Origin: Pyrinomonadales bacterium
GTDB lineage: Bacteria; Acidobacteriota; Blastocatellia; Pyrinomonadales; Pyrinomonadaceae
Assembly (NCBI GenBank): GCA_038210455.1
Contig: JBBQWP010000019.1
Location: 40,622 to 104,621, forward strand
Length of the DNA: 64,000 nt
Direction of reading: 5' to 3'
Shown here: in pieces, positions 36,956 to 46,445 of the stretch
Layout of the letters: each line of letters opens with the position of its first letter
How positions within the stretch are numbered: the stretch's first letter is position 1
The notes under the pieces: model-generated
Database searches by the model: none
What the model was told of the DNA's origin: nothing
What the model saw: only the letters and a program-made list of their open reading frames with translations
Program-made: the position numbers and the translations under genes

Positions 36956-38860
36956 TCATACCACCGTAATGCGTGCGCGAAACGTTGGCGATCCCTTCAG
37001 AGCAAACCACGATACTCCTTCCTGAAGCAGATCGATTTCGAGGAAGTACTCGCCGGGCTGGGCAGGAGCGTTGACGACGAAAGAGAGTGTGGTCTCTTGA
37101 CCGGGAGAAAGATCGGCGGCCAGAGGAGTGCGGCCTTCTTCTTTCGACGCGACTTGTCCGCTCGCGTTCAGCCAATGGCTGCCCATATTAATCTGAAACT
37201 TTCCGGCGCTCCGCTCACATCCGGGCCACACGGTGTCGCCGCGGTTCTTGATCAGCACGCTCAACTTTAGCGTCGCGCCTTTCGGCACGGTTGCGGGAAT
37301 TTCGGGGACTCTGATTTCAGCCCGGAACGCGCTGTCGGGTATTGGCGCGCGAGATCTGGGATGAGCGTCCGCGATGTACAGCGTGTATGGATCGGTTTGC
37401 GCCAGAACTTGCCGGTGAGCACAACTCTCTTCGGTCGAGATGACCAGCGCGTTTGCCGGCGGCGACTCTTCCGGGGCTAGACGGACAAAGTCGCTTAGCG
37501 GAATGCCTTTCAGGGTTGCGTACCAGTAAGCCTGAATGTAAGGCGTAGTCATCGCATCGGCGAGATAGATTGGCCGGGCGCCGTTCGCAACAGCGTTATC
37601 AAAAATCTTCTGCGGATAATCAGCGTCGAAAAGATGTCTCCTCCAGGGCGAGCCTGCCGCTTTGTGATACTGCCACTGAAAGAACGCGCCCTGGGCCAAG
37701 GTCAGAAATACCAGGAGCATTAGCGCTAAACGAATTTCACGCCGGCGGTCGCCTGCTTCGCACAGCCACGCGAACGCGGGTACGGCCAGCACCAGCAGAA
37801 AGACAGGTAACGCGGCCAGACGCAGCATGTGAAAATAGTCGGCAGTGAGAGAGGCCGGCACAATCGCAGCCACCAGCCCGTAGAGAATGAAACGCCACCA
37901 GGCGCTGTCTCGATGATGGCGCAGGACGAGGAACGCGCCCGTCAAAACCAGCAGCATCGTAACTGCGAGCAAGGCGGGTGTGCCGGGAACATGCGCGACC
38001 TGGTAGATGTTAGGATCGCCGCTTATCAGTAGTTTTACAGGATTAAGGTTGGCGGAATAGTGTTTGATAAAGTCCCCGGCGATCTCGGCAACGGAGCTCT
38101 CGGGCGTGATGTAACTGATCAGCTTGAATCGACCGGTGAGCGCGTCGGCGTGCCGGCGTTGAAAAAAAATCATTGGCAGCAGCGTCAGAGTGTATATTGC
38201 CCAGGTTCGCAGGATCGCGGACCAGCGGGCGCGGGTCGCGAAAACCAGGAGACCCAGGGTCAGCAACGGCGCCAGCAAACGACCGATCGAATAGGTGTAG
38301 GTCAACAGCGCCAAGGTCGACGTCAGGCAACCGACATCGAGCCAGCCCCACCTCGCTTTCGTCGAGGCACGCTGTACGGCCAGGAGAAACAGTGTCACCG
38401 CCAACGGATAGAGAGCGACTTCGAAAGCGACACGGCTCAGCTCAAACAACCAGGGCGTTAATAACGCCGACACGGCGACGAGCAAGCCCACATCACGCCG
38501 ATGCGAGATGCGCGAAGCCAGCAGACCCAGCAGTAATGCGCTGCCGATGCAGGCGATCGCGCCCAACATCCGCGCGGTTAAAATACTGGGTCCGGTTAGC
38601 TTGAACAGCGCCGCCAGCAGGTAGACATGAACCGGATTTTTATAATCGCCAAACGCACGGAAAAAGAGCGGCCATGAATTGCCGAACTCATCCTGACCAT
38701 TCTGTGAGATGGTATAGGCGTTGTACGCGACCGATGATTCGTCGATGAAGAAGCCGGCCGGGTTGCGCGTCACACGATAGCTGTAAAGCGTCGCGCCAAG
38801 AACCAGCACGATGGCGAACAACAACGGAAAGCGATAGCGCGCTCTCTCTTGTCTCGTCAT
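36956..38860 (-). CDS. GT-C fold membrane glycosyltransferase (ArnT/PMT family 39-like) with C-terminal beta-sandwich module
   Basis: 634 aa and polytopic. An acidic motif in the first extracytoplasmic loop (FFIDESSVAYNAY) is followed by many TM helices. The last 115 aa (36959-37303) are module copy 1. Confidence 0.7.
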   Translation of the reverse strand: MTRQERARYRFPLLFAIVLVLGATLYSYRVTRNPAGFFIDESSVAYNAYTISQNGQDEFGNSWPLFFRAFGDYKNPVHVYLLAALFKLTGPSILTARMLGAIACIGSALLLGLLASRISHRRDVGLLVAVSALLTPWLFELSRVAFEVALYPLAVTLFLLAVQRASTKARWGWLDVGCLTSTLALLTYTYSIGRLLAPLLTLGLLVFATRARWSAILRTWAIYTLTLLPMIFFQRRHADALTGRFKLISYITPESSVAEIAGDFIKHYSANLNPVKLLISGDPNIYQVAHVPGTPALLAVTMLLVLTGAFLVLRHHRDSAWWRFILYGLVAAIVPASLTADYFHMLRLAALPVFLLVLAVPAFAWLCEAGDRRREIRLALMLLVFLTLAQGAFFQWQYHKAAGSPWRRHLFDADYPQKIFDNAVANGARPIYLADAMTTPYIQAYWYATLKGIPLSDFVRLAPEESPPANALVISTEESCAHRQVLAQTDPYTLYIADAHPRSRAPIPDSAFRAEIRVPEIPATVPKGATLKLSVLIKNRGDTVWPGCERSAGKFQINMGSHWLNASGQVASKEEGRTPLAADLSPGQETTLSFVVNAPAQPGEYFLEIDLLQEGVSWFALKGSPTFRARITVV

Positions 38861-38968
38861 CTTGGAATCTGGTGCCTCCGGCGTTTTATCTTTCGTCAGT
38901 CCAACTCGGAACCGATACTAACAGCGCGGCGCGTAGTAGCATAGACTTCAGTCTGTGAATTTCACCGA

Positions 38969-40417
38969 ATGATGCGAGCAGATAAAGAAAAGGCCGGAGG
39001 TGGATCTTCAGATAGTGTCGCGGGCGTCCCGCCTGTGAATCACGCGCAAGATGCGCGTGCCACCTCCATCACTCGCGTTGAAGTCGTGCTCTTCCTTTTC
39101 CTATGGCTCGGTTACGGAGCGGCGATCAACTCCGACAACCTGGTCAACTTCAACTTGCAGCAGATCGGCGTCGAAGCGATCGTCGAACGCCATCAGTTCT
39201 ATCTGGAAGGCTCATCTGCTCCCGAATTGTTTCCTCAAGGCGATGTGTTCTTGTATCAGGGTCATAAGTACGCGGCCAAGCAGCCCGGTCAGTCAATGGT
39301 GGGCGCGGTAGTGTATTGGGTTCTGCGCGCCCTCGGTTTGCGATACGCGGACAATTACCTGCTGACTTCCGCGCTGGTCACTTTCTTTACTACTTCGCTC
39401 GTTCTGGCGGCGTCCGCGGTTGCGGTCTTCGGGATTTCTCGAAAACTTACAGCAGACGCGCAGGCGCTCTGCTGGCCAATACTGACGACGTTCGCCTACG
39501 CCCTCGCGACAACTGTCTTTGCCTACTCAGGGATCGCACACCACGATGCGCTCGCGACCGGCTATCTCGCGATCGCGTTCTATCTGATTTTCGATCTACC
39601 CCGCGCCGGTTGGGACGGGCGTGCGGAGATTTTCAAGTCAGCAGCCGCCGGGTTGCTGCTCGGTCTCGCTATGACGACATCGATGCTCGTCTTCTTTATG
39701 GTGATTGTCTGCGCGCTTTACTTCCTTTGGCTGTGGCGCTGGAGGTTAATCCCATTCTTTCTGGTAGCAATCCTACTTGGCTTGCTGCCTCTCTTTATCT
39801 ACAACGCGCAAAGTTTTGGCAGCCCATTCCTGCTGCCGAATGTAGTCGGCGCACAGATGTTCTCTGACACTTTCTTTCACTTCAGCGCGAGGAATTTCGG
39901 CAATAAGCTGGTCTGGTACTCGACTATGTTGGTCGTTTATGTGCCGATCGTTCTGGCCGGATTATTTGGCTTGTCGTATTACCCGCTGGCAGTGAAGCGC
40001 ACGCCGTTTTTTCTCGCACTGGTGGCGATGTTGGTCGTGCTGGCGGCCTACATCCTGAACATCAAAACCGGAGGAGATTGTCAATTCGGGCCGCGCTACC
40101 TGCTGCCGGCAATGCCTTTTGCCTGTCTGGGGATCGCCGGTTACAGCTATCTCTCGACTAACGTCGAGCGGCGGGTGGCGGGTGTGATCGTTTTGGTGTC
40201 AGGTGTGGTTTCGTTTGCGATAAACCTGGTGGGTGCCCTGTCTGGTGCGATGTGTTGTCCCGACGGAAGTAATGCATTGCGCAATCAGTTGACGCGACTC
40301 GCGGGAGGCGACGTGCCTCACTTTCCACTGGCGCCGTGGCTGATCGCCCCGCTCTTAATCTGTGCAGCGTTGTTTGTCTGGACCGGCGGCAAAATGAGGT
40401 CAGTACCACCCGCGTGA
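38969..40417 (+). CDS. Polytopic membrane protein, GT-C-like (tentative)
   Basis: 482 aa with at least 10 predicted TM helices. The early loop YQGHKYAAKQPGQSMVGAVVY resembles the PMT_2-type loop. The last codons lie inside repeat 40398-40489. Confidence 0.55.
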   Translation: MMRADKEKAGGGSSDSVAGVPPVNHAQDARATSITRVEVVLFLFLWLGYGAAINSDNLVNFNLQQIGVEAIVERHQFYLEGSSAPELFPQGDVFLYQGHKYAAKQPGQSMVGAVVYWVLRALGLRYADNYLLTSALVTFFTTSLVLAASAVAVFGISRKLTADAQALCWPILTTFAYALATTVFAYSGIAHHDALATGYLAIAFYLIFDLPRAGWDGRAEIFKSAAAGLLLGLAMTTSMLVFFMVIVCALYFLWLWRWRLIPFFLVAILLGLLPLFIYNAQSFGSPFLLPNVVGAQMFSDTFFHFSARNFGNKLVWYSTMLVVYVPIVLAGLFGLSYYPLAVKRTPFFLALVAMLVVLAAYILNIKTGGDCQFGPRYLLPAMPFACLGIAGYSYLSTNVERRVAGVIVLVSGVVSFAINLVGALSGAMCCPDGSNALRNQLTRLAGGDVPHFPLAPWLIAPLLICAALFVWTGGKMRSVPPA

Positions 40418-40489
40418 GCGGGTGGGTCTTGCACTCAACAATCGCTGATCGAGTGCTGGATCCACCCGCTCACGCGGGTGGTACTGACC
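40398..40489. repeat. Hairpin element, family B variant (GGTCAGTACCACCCGCGTGAGCGGGTGG)
   Basis: ggtcagtaccacccgcgtgagcgggtgggtc-(loop)-gatccacccgctcacgcgggtggtactgacc. Confidence 0.75.
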
Positions 40490-40534
40490 GCACTCCTTAG
40501 CCGCAGTGCTTCGGCAGACGAACAACGCGCGCCT

Positions 40535-42328
40535 TCATTTAACGCGATAGAGATAGATCGAATTACCGAAGACGGCTTCGGGCTGAAGTGTGCGGTACGC
40601 CGCGAGAAAATTCACGCGTTGCTCCTCTGACAGTTGGTGTCCATTCTCATCCGCAGAAACAGCGATGACCGAGCCGTTAAGAAAACTCGCGCCGATGGCG
40701 ACGTAATGTGTCTCGGGTATCGTGACGCCGGGCTTTGGAAACATCTCATGATAAGCGATGCCGTATTGGGCCAGCGTGCCCCAGCCACCAGCTACCGCTC
40801 CGACCACGTCGTTCTCTCCGCGCGCGTGAAGGTAAACGGCGAGGTCGCGGGCGTCGTCACCCCATTCCACGTTGGAATCAGATAGGTACCACCAATGCGG
40901 GTGCGCCGAGGCGAGTTGATTCATGTAGGGAATGTAATCCGGATAGGCTCGCAAAGCTTCGGCTGACATCCAACCGAAGGTGACCACGATGAGCGCTATG
41001 GCCAGGTGACGCGGATATTGAACGCGACCCAGGCGCTCGAGCAGCGCGCCCCCGGCGATAAAGAGAAACGGGTAGACCGGCAGAAAATGCCTGATGCCGA
41101 TATTAATGTGGCTGGTCATTGAGATGGCTGCATAGATGACCATCGGAATCACCAACCAGAGAATACGTTTGTCCTTTTTCCGAGTTAATCTCCAGAGGAT
41201 CCAGGCCAGCGCTGCCAGCGTGATGATCAGAAATGGCAGTGATGTCTTCAGGACAAACGCAACGGGGAAGTAATACCACCATCCCAGGAAACTGTATTGG
41301 CCGAGCAGAGACGCTGAGTGTCCGTCACGGTTGTGCAGCCAGACATTGTACTGGCCAAAGAGATAGTAGGTCGGCACAACCTTTGAGCCCGCCTGAAAGA
41401 AAAGCATCCACTGATCAAACGCCTCGGGCGATCTGGTCTGCACCCACTGCACATCCCCCGGTACCAGCGGCGGGCTCTGAAAACGATAAGCCGCATTGAC
41501 CATCAACCACACGAGACACAGAACGAGGCCCGAGTGCAGCAGGACCCGCCGGCGGCTTTCATTAAAGCGCGACGCGAATCCGAATCCCATCAGCGCCACG
41601 CACGCCAGCACTGGCAGAAGCACAACCATCGAGAACTTTGTCAGCAGAGCCAGTCCGCTCACCAGGCCGAGCACGAGCGCGTTCGAGGTCGTTCGGCTTT
41701 GCAAATACTTTCGCAGCGCGAAGAAGAAAAGCAGAAAGGCGAGGGCGGCGGGAAGATCCGTATGCACAATGTGCGCGTGTGCGAGCACTGTTGGTTCCAG
41801 AGTGTAAAGCGCAACCGCAAATAGGGCCGTGCGAACCCCGAAGAGGCTGCGTGCGTAAGCGAAGATCAGAACACCCAGACCGCAAGCCAGCATGATCATC
41901 ATTGCCCGCGTCCAGAATTGAATAGTTTCGGCCCGAGCCCTGTTGTTGGCCCAGAAACGCTGGTCATAGCTCCACCCCAACTCGAGAAAATTTCCCTGCT
42001 GCTCAGCGGCCGTCGGCGGCGCCTCGTTCGGCTGAATCAAAAGGAGTGGCAGCGCGGCCCACATTTTTACCAGCGGGGGATGTTCGTTGTTGAGTTGGAA
42101 TTCGCCGTTGACGAGGTGATAGTATCCAGCGGGAATGTGGACTATTTCGTCGTTGGTGATGTTCTTGCGCGCGATGATGGCGAACATCTGAAGACTCATG
42201 CCCAGCAGCAACGCCGCGCACAGCACTTCAGCCCGACGCGCCCACGCCCACCGCAGCGCTTGCGCCAGTGTTCGTCGCGGCTCGAAGACAAAACTAGTCG
42301 CGAACTCCTGATTCAATGATTCGTCCAT
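40535..42328 (-). CDS. GT-C fold glycosyltransferase, family 39 / PMT_2-like (phospholipid-carrier-dependent)
   Basis: ITNDEIVHIPAGYYHLVNGEFQLNNEHPPLVKMWAALPLL is the characteristic first-loop signature (DE..H...G.........HPPL.K). 597 aa, polytopic. Confidence 0.78.
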   Translation of the reverse strand: MDESLNQEFATSFVFEPRRTLAQALRWAWARRAEVLCAALLLGMSLQMFAIIARKNITNDEIVHIPAGYYHLVNGEFQLNNEHPPLVKMWAALPLLLIQPNEAPPTAAEQQGNFLELGWSYDQRFWANNRARAETIQFWTRAMMIMLACGLGVLIFAYARSLFGVRTALFAVALYTLEPTVLAHAHIVHTDLPAALAFLLFFFALRKYLQSRTTSNALVLGLVSGLALLTKFSMVVLLPVLACVALMGFGFASRFNESRRRVLLHSGLVLCLVWLMVNAAYRFQSPPLVPGDVQWVQTRSPEAFDQWMLFFQAGSKVVPTYYLFGQYNVWLHNRDGHSASLLGQYSFLGWWYYFPVAFVLKTSLPFLIITLAALAWILWRLTRKKDKRILWLVIPMVIYAAISMTSHINIGIRHFLPVYPFLFIAGGALLERLGRVQYPRHLAIALIVVTFGWMSAEALRAYPDYIPYMNQLASAHPHWWYLSDSNVEWGDDARDLAVYLHARGENDVVGAVAGGWGTLAQYGIAYHEMFPKPGVTIPETHYVAIGASFLNGSVIAVSADENGHQLSEEQRVNFLAAYRTLQPEAVFGNSIYLYRVK

Positions 42329-45294
42329 TCAACGCTCGCCGGAGGATAAAAACTGATCACGTCGCCGCGTTCGCGGTTACGGTCGCGCCGATCTTCTATT
42401 TCTTGCCGGCGCTGCTAAATCACCTGGTCCTGGGTCCCGATGACGGGATGCTTTTCAACGTTCCGTTGCGCGTCGCTGCGGCCCAGATCGTTCGGTCGGG
42501 ACATCTGCCGCTCTGGAACCCTTACATTTTCGGCGGCATGCCGATGCTGGCCGCGGCCCAGGGCGGATTGCTGTTTCCGCTGAACTGGTTCTACCTCGGG
42601 TTCTCTCCGGCCGTGGCCACAGACCTGATGGTCATATCGGCGTACATGTTGGCGGCGTCCGGCGCTTACCTCTACGCGCGCCGCACGGGCACATCGATAG
42701 CCGGCGCGATCGCGACGAGCCTGATCTGGCAGGCGGGCGGCTTTCTTATCGGCCAGATTAGCCACATCAACATAGTTCACACAGCCGCGTTGTTGCCATG
42801 GGTGCTTTGGGCCGTGGAGAGATATGTCAGCAACGGCAGGCGCGCGCGCGGTGCTTTGTTGGCCGCGCTCGTAGCTCTCCAGGCTTTTGCCGGTCATCAA
42901 CAGACGCTCTTCTATTCGCTCATGCTGGTGGCGTCGTATGCGATCGTAATGGCGCTCGCTGATTTGAAAAAGCGCAAACGCTATCTGTCGTCGCTCGCGT
43001 TTACCGCGGCCGGTGTGCTGCTGGCCGCGGTGCAGATCGTACCGACGTTCGAGTTGCTGCGCAACAGCCCGCGGGCCGTGGCCACTTATGACTTCTTCTC
43101 ATCGTTCTCGATGCCGGGGAGTTTTGTGGCCACTTTCATTGCGCCGTATGTAATGGGCGGAGGCGATGGACGCCTGTTCCGCGCTCCTTACATTGGTCAG
43201 TTGTACTACACCGAGTACGTCGCCTATGCCGGCGTGTTGGCGATCATGCTGGCGCTCCTGGCGTTGCTGCTCAAGCCCGACACGCGCACAAAATTCTGGG
43301 CGGTGGCGGGACTCTGTTGTCTGGTGCTGGCGTTCGGCCGCGGCGCGCCGCTGTATCTCTACCGGCTGATTTACTACGTGCCGATTCTCAACCTCTTTCG
43401 CGTTCCCGCGCGCCACTTGATGGAGGTCACGTTTGCCATCGCGGTACTCGCTGGTCGCGGGCTGACCTCGCTCACGGCGATGCGGGAAAGCAAGACGGCA
43501 AGGCGACGAGTGTTAATCGTGGCAGCTTCGGTCTTTCTGCTGACGCTGCTGATCGTGACCTGTTGGCGGCCGGCGAGTTTTCATCTGGGTCGAGAAGCGC
43601 CGGTCAGCTTATTGCGCGCTCCTGAATTATTCATGCCCATCCTGTTTGCCGCGTTGAGTGCATGGGCTCTCTGGGTATTCACGCGACAAAGGCGCGGCAG
43701 CACCGCCTTGCTACTCGCAATTCTGGCAATCGACCTGATGATGTGGGGACAGTCGACCGGCTGGTATACATCGAGCGGCAGAATCCCAAAAGAATTCTGG
43801 GGCGTGCCTGAGACCGTCGCACTTCTGCGCGAGAAGGCGCCAGGTGATGCGGCGAGCTATCGAATTCTCACTGCGAGAGCAACATTTGATCCGGCACAGA
43901 CTGTTACAGGTTCACCGGACTGGGTGCTTTGGATCGAGCCCGATGTTTACATGATGTATGGCATTCAAAACGCCGCCGGTTACGATGGCTTTGGACTTGA
44001 TCGCTACAGCCAACTGGCCGGGCAAATGAAATTATGGGGCGAGTTAACTGATCCCAATGCCACGTTGCGCAGCAACAGCCGGGAAATCGATTTATTGAAT
44101 GCGCGGTATCTGCTCTCGATCCGAAAACGAGCTGATGCTGTGCAAGCAGATTCGACGGCTGATGAGCTCAACTCCGCGCCGGCCTTTCCGCAGGCAACTC
44201 AGAATTTTGGTGGCTTCATGTTTGGTCCGAGCGATCTGAACCTGCCGAATCTTGGGTCGAACAAGCGGCTGACGTTCGCGATTCCACCGGTGCCGGCTGA
44301 TCGTATTGCGCTCGTAACCAACCTGTCCTGGGCCGAGGATGTTCCCAACCACACGACGATTGGTCGTCTGCGTCTGAAGGCAAGAGATGGGCGGGTCATC
44401 GAATTCCCGTTGATCGCCGGCGCGGACACCGCCGACTGGGCCTATGATCGACCGGACATTCGCGCTCGCATTAAACATCAGCGGGCTACGGTCGCGGCGA
44501 GCTATGACGTCAGCGACGCTCAACACAAATATCAGGGCCACACCTACGTTGCTGCCTTCGGCCTGCCTGAAAAGACGGTGATAGAGAGTGGTGAGATCGA
44601 GCTTGAGCCACAGACTCGCTCGCCGAACTTACTCCTGACTGTCTTTCGCGTATCATTCATTGATGCTAGCCAGGGAAAGTCATACCCGCTCAGTCGCGAT
44701 TTAATTAGAGTGGAAAGTACGACGTCAGAGACGGAACCGTTGCGCGAAGGGAAGGATGATCGCTGGACGCTCCTGGGCCAGACGCGCTATACGAATGTTT
44801 ATCAGAATGCGCGGGCCTTGCCGCGTGCGTGGCTGGCGCCTGAGACCCGCGTGCTCGACGACGGCGCGATGCTTCAGGTGATTCGAACGGGGCTTCTGCC
44901 CGACGGATCAAAGTGGGATCCGCTGCACACCGCTTTGATCGAAGCTGCGCCGGAGAATCCTTTGTCGACGGCCGCGCCGGATGGGCACGCGGAAATCACC
45001 GCGTACGAACCCAACCGAGTAAGCTTGGTGACGCACTCGAGTGGCAATTCAATTCTGGTGCTGAGCGAGAATGATTATCCCGGCTGGCGTGCATACATCG
45101 ATGGCCAATCTGCCGAAGTGTTGCGCGTCAACTTTGCTTTGCGCGGAGTTCAAATCCCAGGCGGCGATCATCAAGTTAGTTTTGTTTACCGTCCGTGGTC
45201 GGTGATGAGTGGGCTGTTGCTGTCGCTGCTGACGGGAGCGGGTTTGATAGTCTTGAGCCGGCGGAAGGTTAGGTCAACGACGGTAATTTCATAG
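42316..45294 (+). CDS. YfhO-family membrane glycosyltransferase-like protein
   Basis: GHLPLWNPYIFGGMPMLAAAQGGLLFPLNWFY near the N-terminus and ENDYPGWRAYIDGQSAEVLRVNFALRGVQIPGGDHQVSFVYRP near the C-terminus are both YfhO hallmarks. 992 aa. Confidence 0.8.
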   Translation: MIRPFNARRRIKTDHVAAFAVTVAPIFYFLPALLNHLVLGPDDGMLFNVPLRVAAAQIVRSGHLPLWNPYIFGGMPMLAAAQGGLLFPLNWFYLGFSPAVATDLMVISAYMLAASGAYLYARRTGTSIAGAIATSLIWQAGGFLIGQISHINIVHTAALLPWVLWAVERYVSNGRRARGALLAALVALQAFAGHQQTLFYSLMLVASYAIVMALADLKKRKRYLSSLAFTAAGVLLAAVQIVPTFELLRNSPRAVATYDFFSSFSMPGSFVATFIAPYVMGGGDGRLFRAPYIGQLYYTEYVAYAGVLAIMLALLALLLKPDTRTKFWAVAGLCCLVLAFGRGAPLYLYRLIYYVPILNLFRVPARHLMEVTFAIAVLAGRGLTSLTAMRESKTARRRVLIVAASVFLLTLLIVTCWRPASFHLGREAPVSLLRAPELFMPILFAALSAWALWVFTRQRRGSTALLLAILAIDLMMWGQSTGWYTSSGRIPKEFWGVPETVALLREKAPGDAASYRILTARATFDPAQTVTGSPDWVLWIEPDVYMMYGIQNAAGYDGFGLDRYSQLAGQMKLWGELTDPNATLRSNSREIDLLNARYLLSIRKRADAVQADSTADELNSAPAFPQATQNFGGFMFGPSDLNLPNLGSNKRLTFAIPPVPADRIALVTNLSWAEDVPNHTTIGRLRLKARDGRVIEFPLIAGADTADWAYDRPDIRARIKHQRATVAASYDVSDAQHKYQGHTYVAAFGLPEKTVIESGEIELEPQTRSPNLLLTVFRVSFIDASQGKSYPLSRDLIRVESTTSETEPLREGKDDRWTLLGQTRYTNVYQNARALPRAWLAPETRVLDDGAMLQVIRTGLLPDGSKWDPLHTALIEAAPENPLSTAAPDGHAEITAYEPNRVSLVTHSSGNSILVLSENDYPGWRAYIDGQSAEVLRVNFALRGVQIPGGDHQVSFVYRPWSVMSGLLLSLLTGAGLIVLSRRKVRSTTVIS

Positions 45295-45349
45295 TGGCGC
45301 CGATTCAGAGGCGCTGAACAGCAAGGGTGCCGCGTAGCGGCATCGTGAA

Positions 45350-45495
45350 TTTAGCCCGGCGTTTCAACGCCGGGAAATAGTCGGGTGACGTTCGTTCGTC
45401 GCATAGCGACGTTTGAACTCACATCTTTCAGACGTCGCTACGCGACGTGCACGTTCTTGCTGAACTCATCCCCGGCGTTGAAACGCCGGGCTAAA
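45350..45495. repeat. Nested palindromic MITE-like element (TIR TTTAGCCCGGCGTTTCAACGCCGGG)
   Basis: tttagcccggcgtttcaacgccggg ... ccccggcgttgaaacgccgggctaaa form the outer TIRs. The inner pair is cgtcgcatagcgacgtttgaa / ttcagacgtcgctacgcgacg. Confidence 0.7.
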
Positions 45496-45525
45496 CTCAG
45501 GTCGGCGCTACGCGCCGAAAAATCT

Positions 45526-46308
45526 ATGGGCCCGGCCGAAGAAACCCACTCAATCGCGATGGCTAAACCCCGTCACGTCGAAAGCCCGGCGGACTGCTTT
45601 TTCTATCACACGATGGATCTGCCCGGCCTGGGTGAGGTGAAAGGTCATTGGGACCTGCGCGGCAGGTTCAATGAATACATTGGCGGCGTAAGTCTCGCCG
45701 GTAAGTCAGTGATCGACATCGGGGCCGCGACCGGCTTCCTCAGTTTCGAAGCTGAGAAGAGCGGCGCGACGCGAGTGCTCTCTTTTGATATAGACGACCC
45801 GCGGCAACAAGCGTTTCTTCCATTCAAAGACAAACTCTACTCCTGCGATCCCGCGCGCTGGGCGGAAGAGTACGGCGCGGAAATCGAACAATGGAAGAAT
45901 GCTTACTGGCTCTGTCACCGGCTGCTTGATTCACAGGCGGAGGTTTACTATGGCGACATCTATGAACTGCCTCGGGAACTGGGCCAGTTCGATGTCGCGA
46001 TCGTGGGTTCGGTGCTGGAGCACTTGAGCGATCAAATCTCGGCGCTGGCTTCGATCGCGCGGTTGACGAAAGAAACGATCATCATTGTCTCGCCCATGCT
46101 CGACACAGCCGAAAGAATCGCGAAGTTCGGAGCCCTCGCCGATCATCCCGAGAACGATTTCACGTGGTGGATTTATTCGGAAGGTGTTTACCGCGAGGTT
46201 TTGAAAATGCTTGGCTTCAGCATCACCAGCATCACCCAGGCTGAGTACTACTATCATCACGGTGAGCGCTTCGAGACGCGACATACGATCGTCGGCGTGC
46301 GGGGTTGA
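45526..46308 (+). CDS. Class I SAM-dependent methyltransferase
   Basis: Motif I KSVIDIGAATGFLSFEAEKSGA and FDVAIVGSVLEHL. The start is trimmed from 45385 because that extension is encoded by the repeat element. Confidence 0.8.
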   Translation: MGPAEETHSIAMAKPRHVESPADCFFYHTMDLPGLGEVKGHWDLRGRFNEYIGGVSLAGKSVIDIGAATGFLSFEAEKSGATRVLSFDIDDPRQQAFLPFKDKLYSCDPARWAEEYGAEIEQWKNAYWLCHRLLDSQAEVYYGDIYELPRELGQFDVAIVGSVLEHLSDQISALASIARLTKETIIIVSPMLDTAERIAKFGALADHPENDFTWWIYSEGVYREVLKMLGFSITSITQAEYYYHHGERFETRHTIVGVRG

Positions 46309-46334
46309 TGATTCGGGCGCGACCGTGAATAAGA

Positions 46335-46421
46335 GGTCAGTACCACCTGCGGTAGCGGGTGGGCCAAAGCCTTAACACACATTGACCAATGGCCCACCCG
46401 CTACCGCAGGTTGTACTGACC
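46335..46421. repeat. Hairpin element, family B copy 2
   Basis: ggtcagtaccacctgcggtagcgggtgggcc-(loop)-ggcccacccgctaccgcaggttgtactgacc. The arms are almost identical to 28757-28840. Confidence 0.8.
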
Positions 46422-46445
46422 TCGTTACGCGCGTCACTCGGCCTC

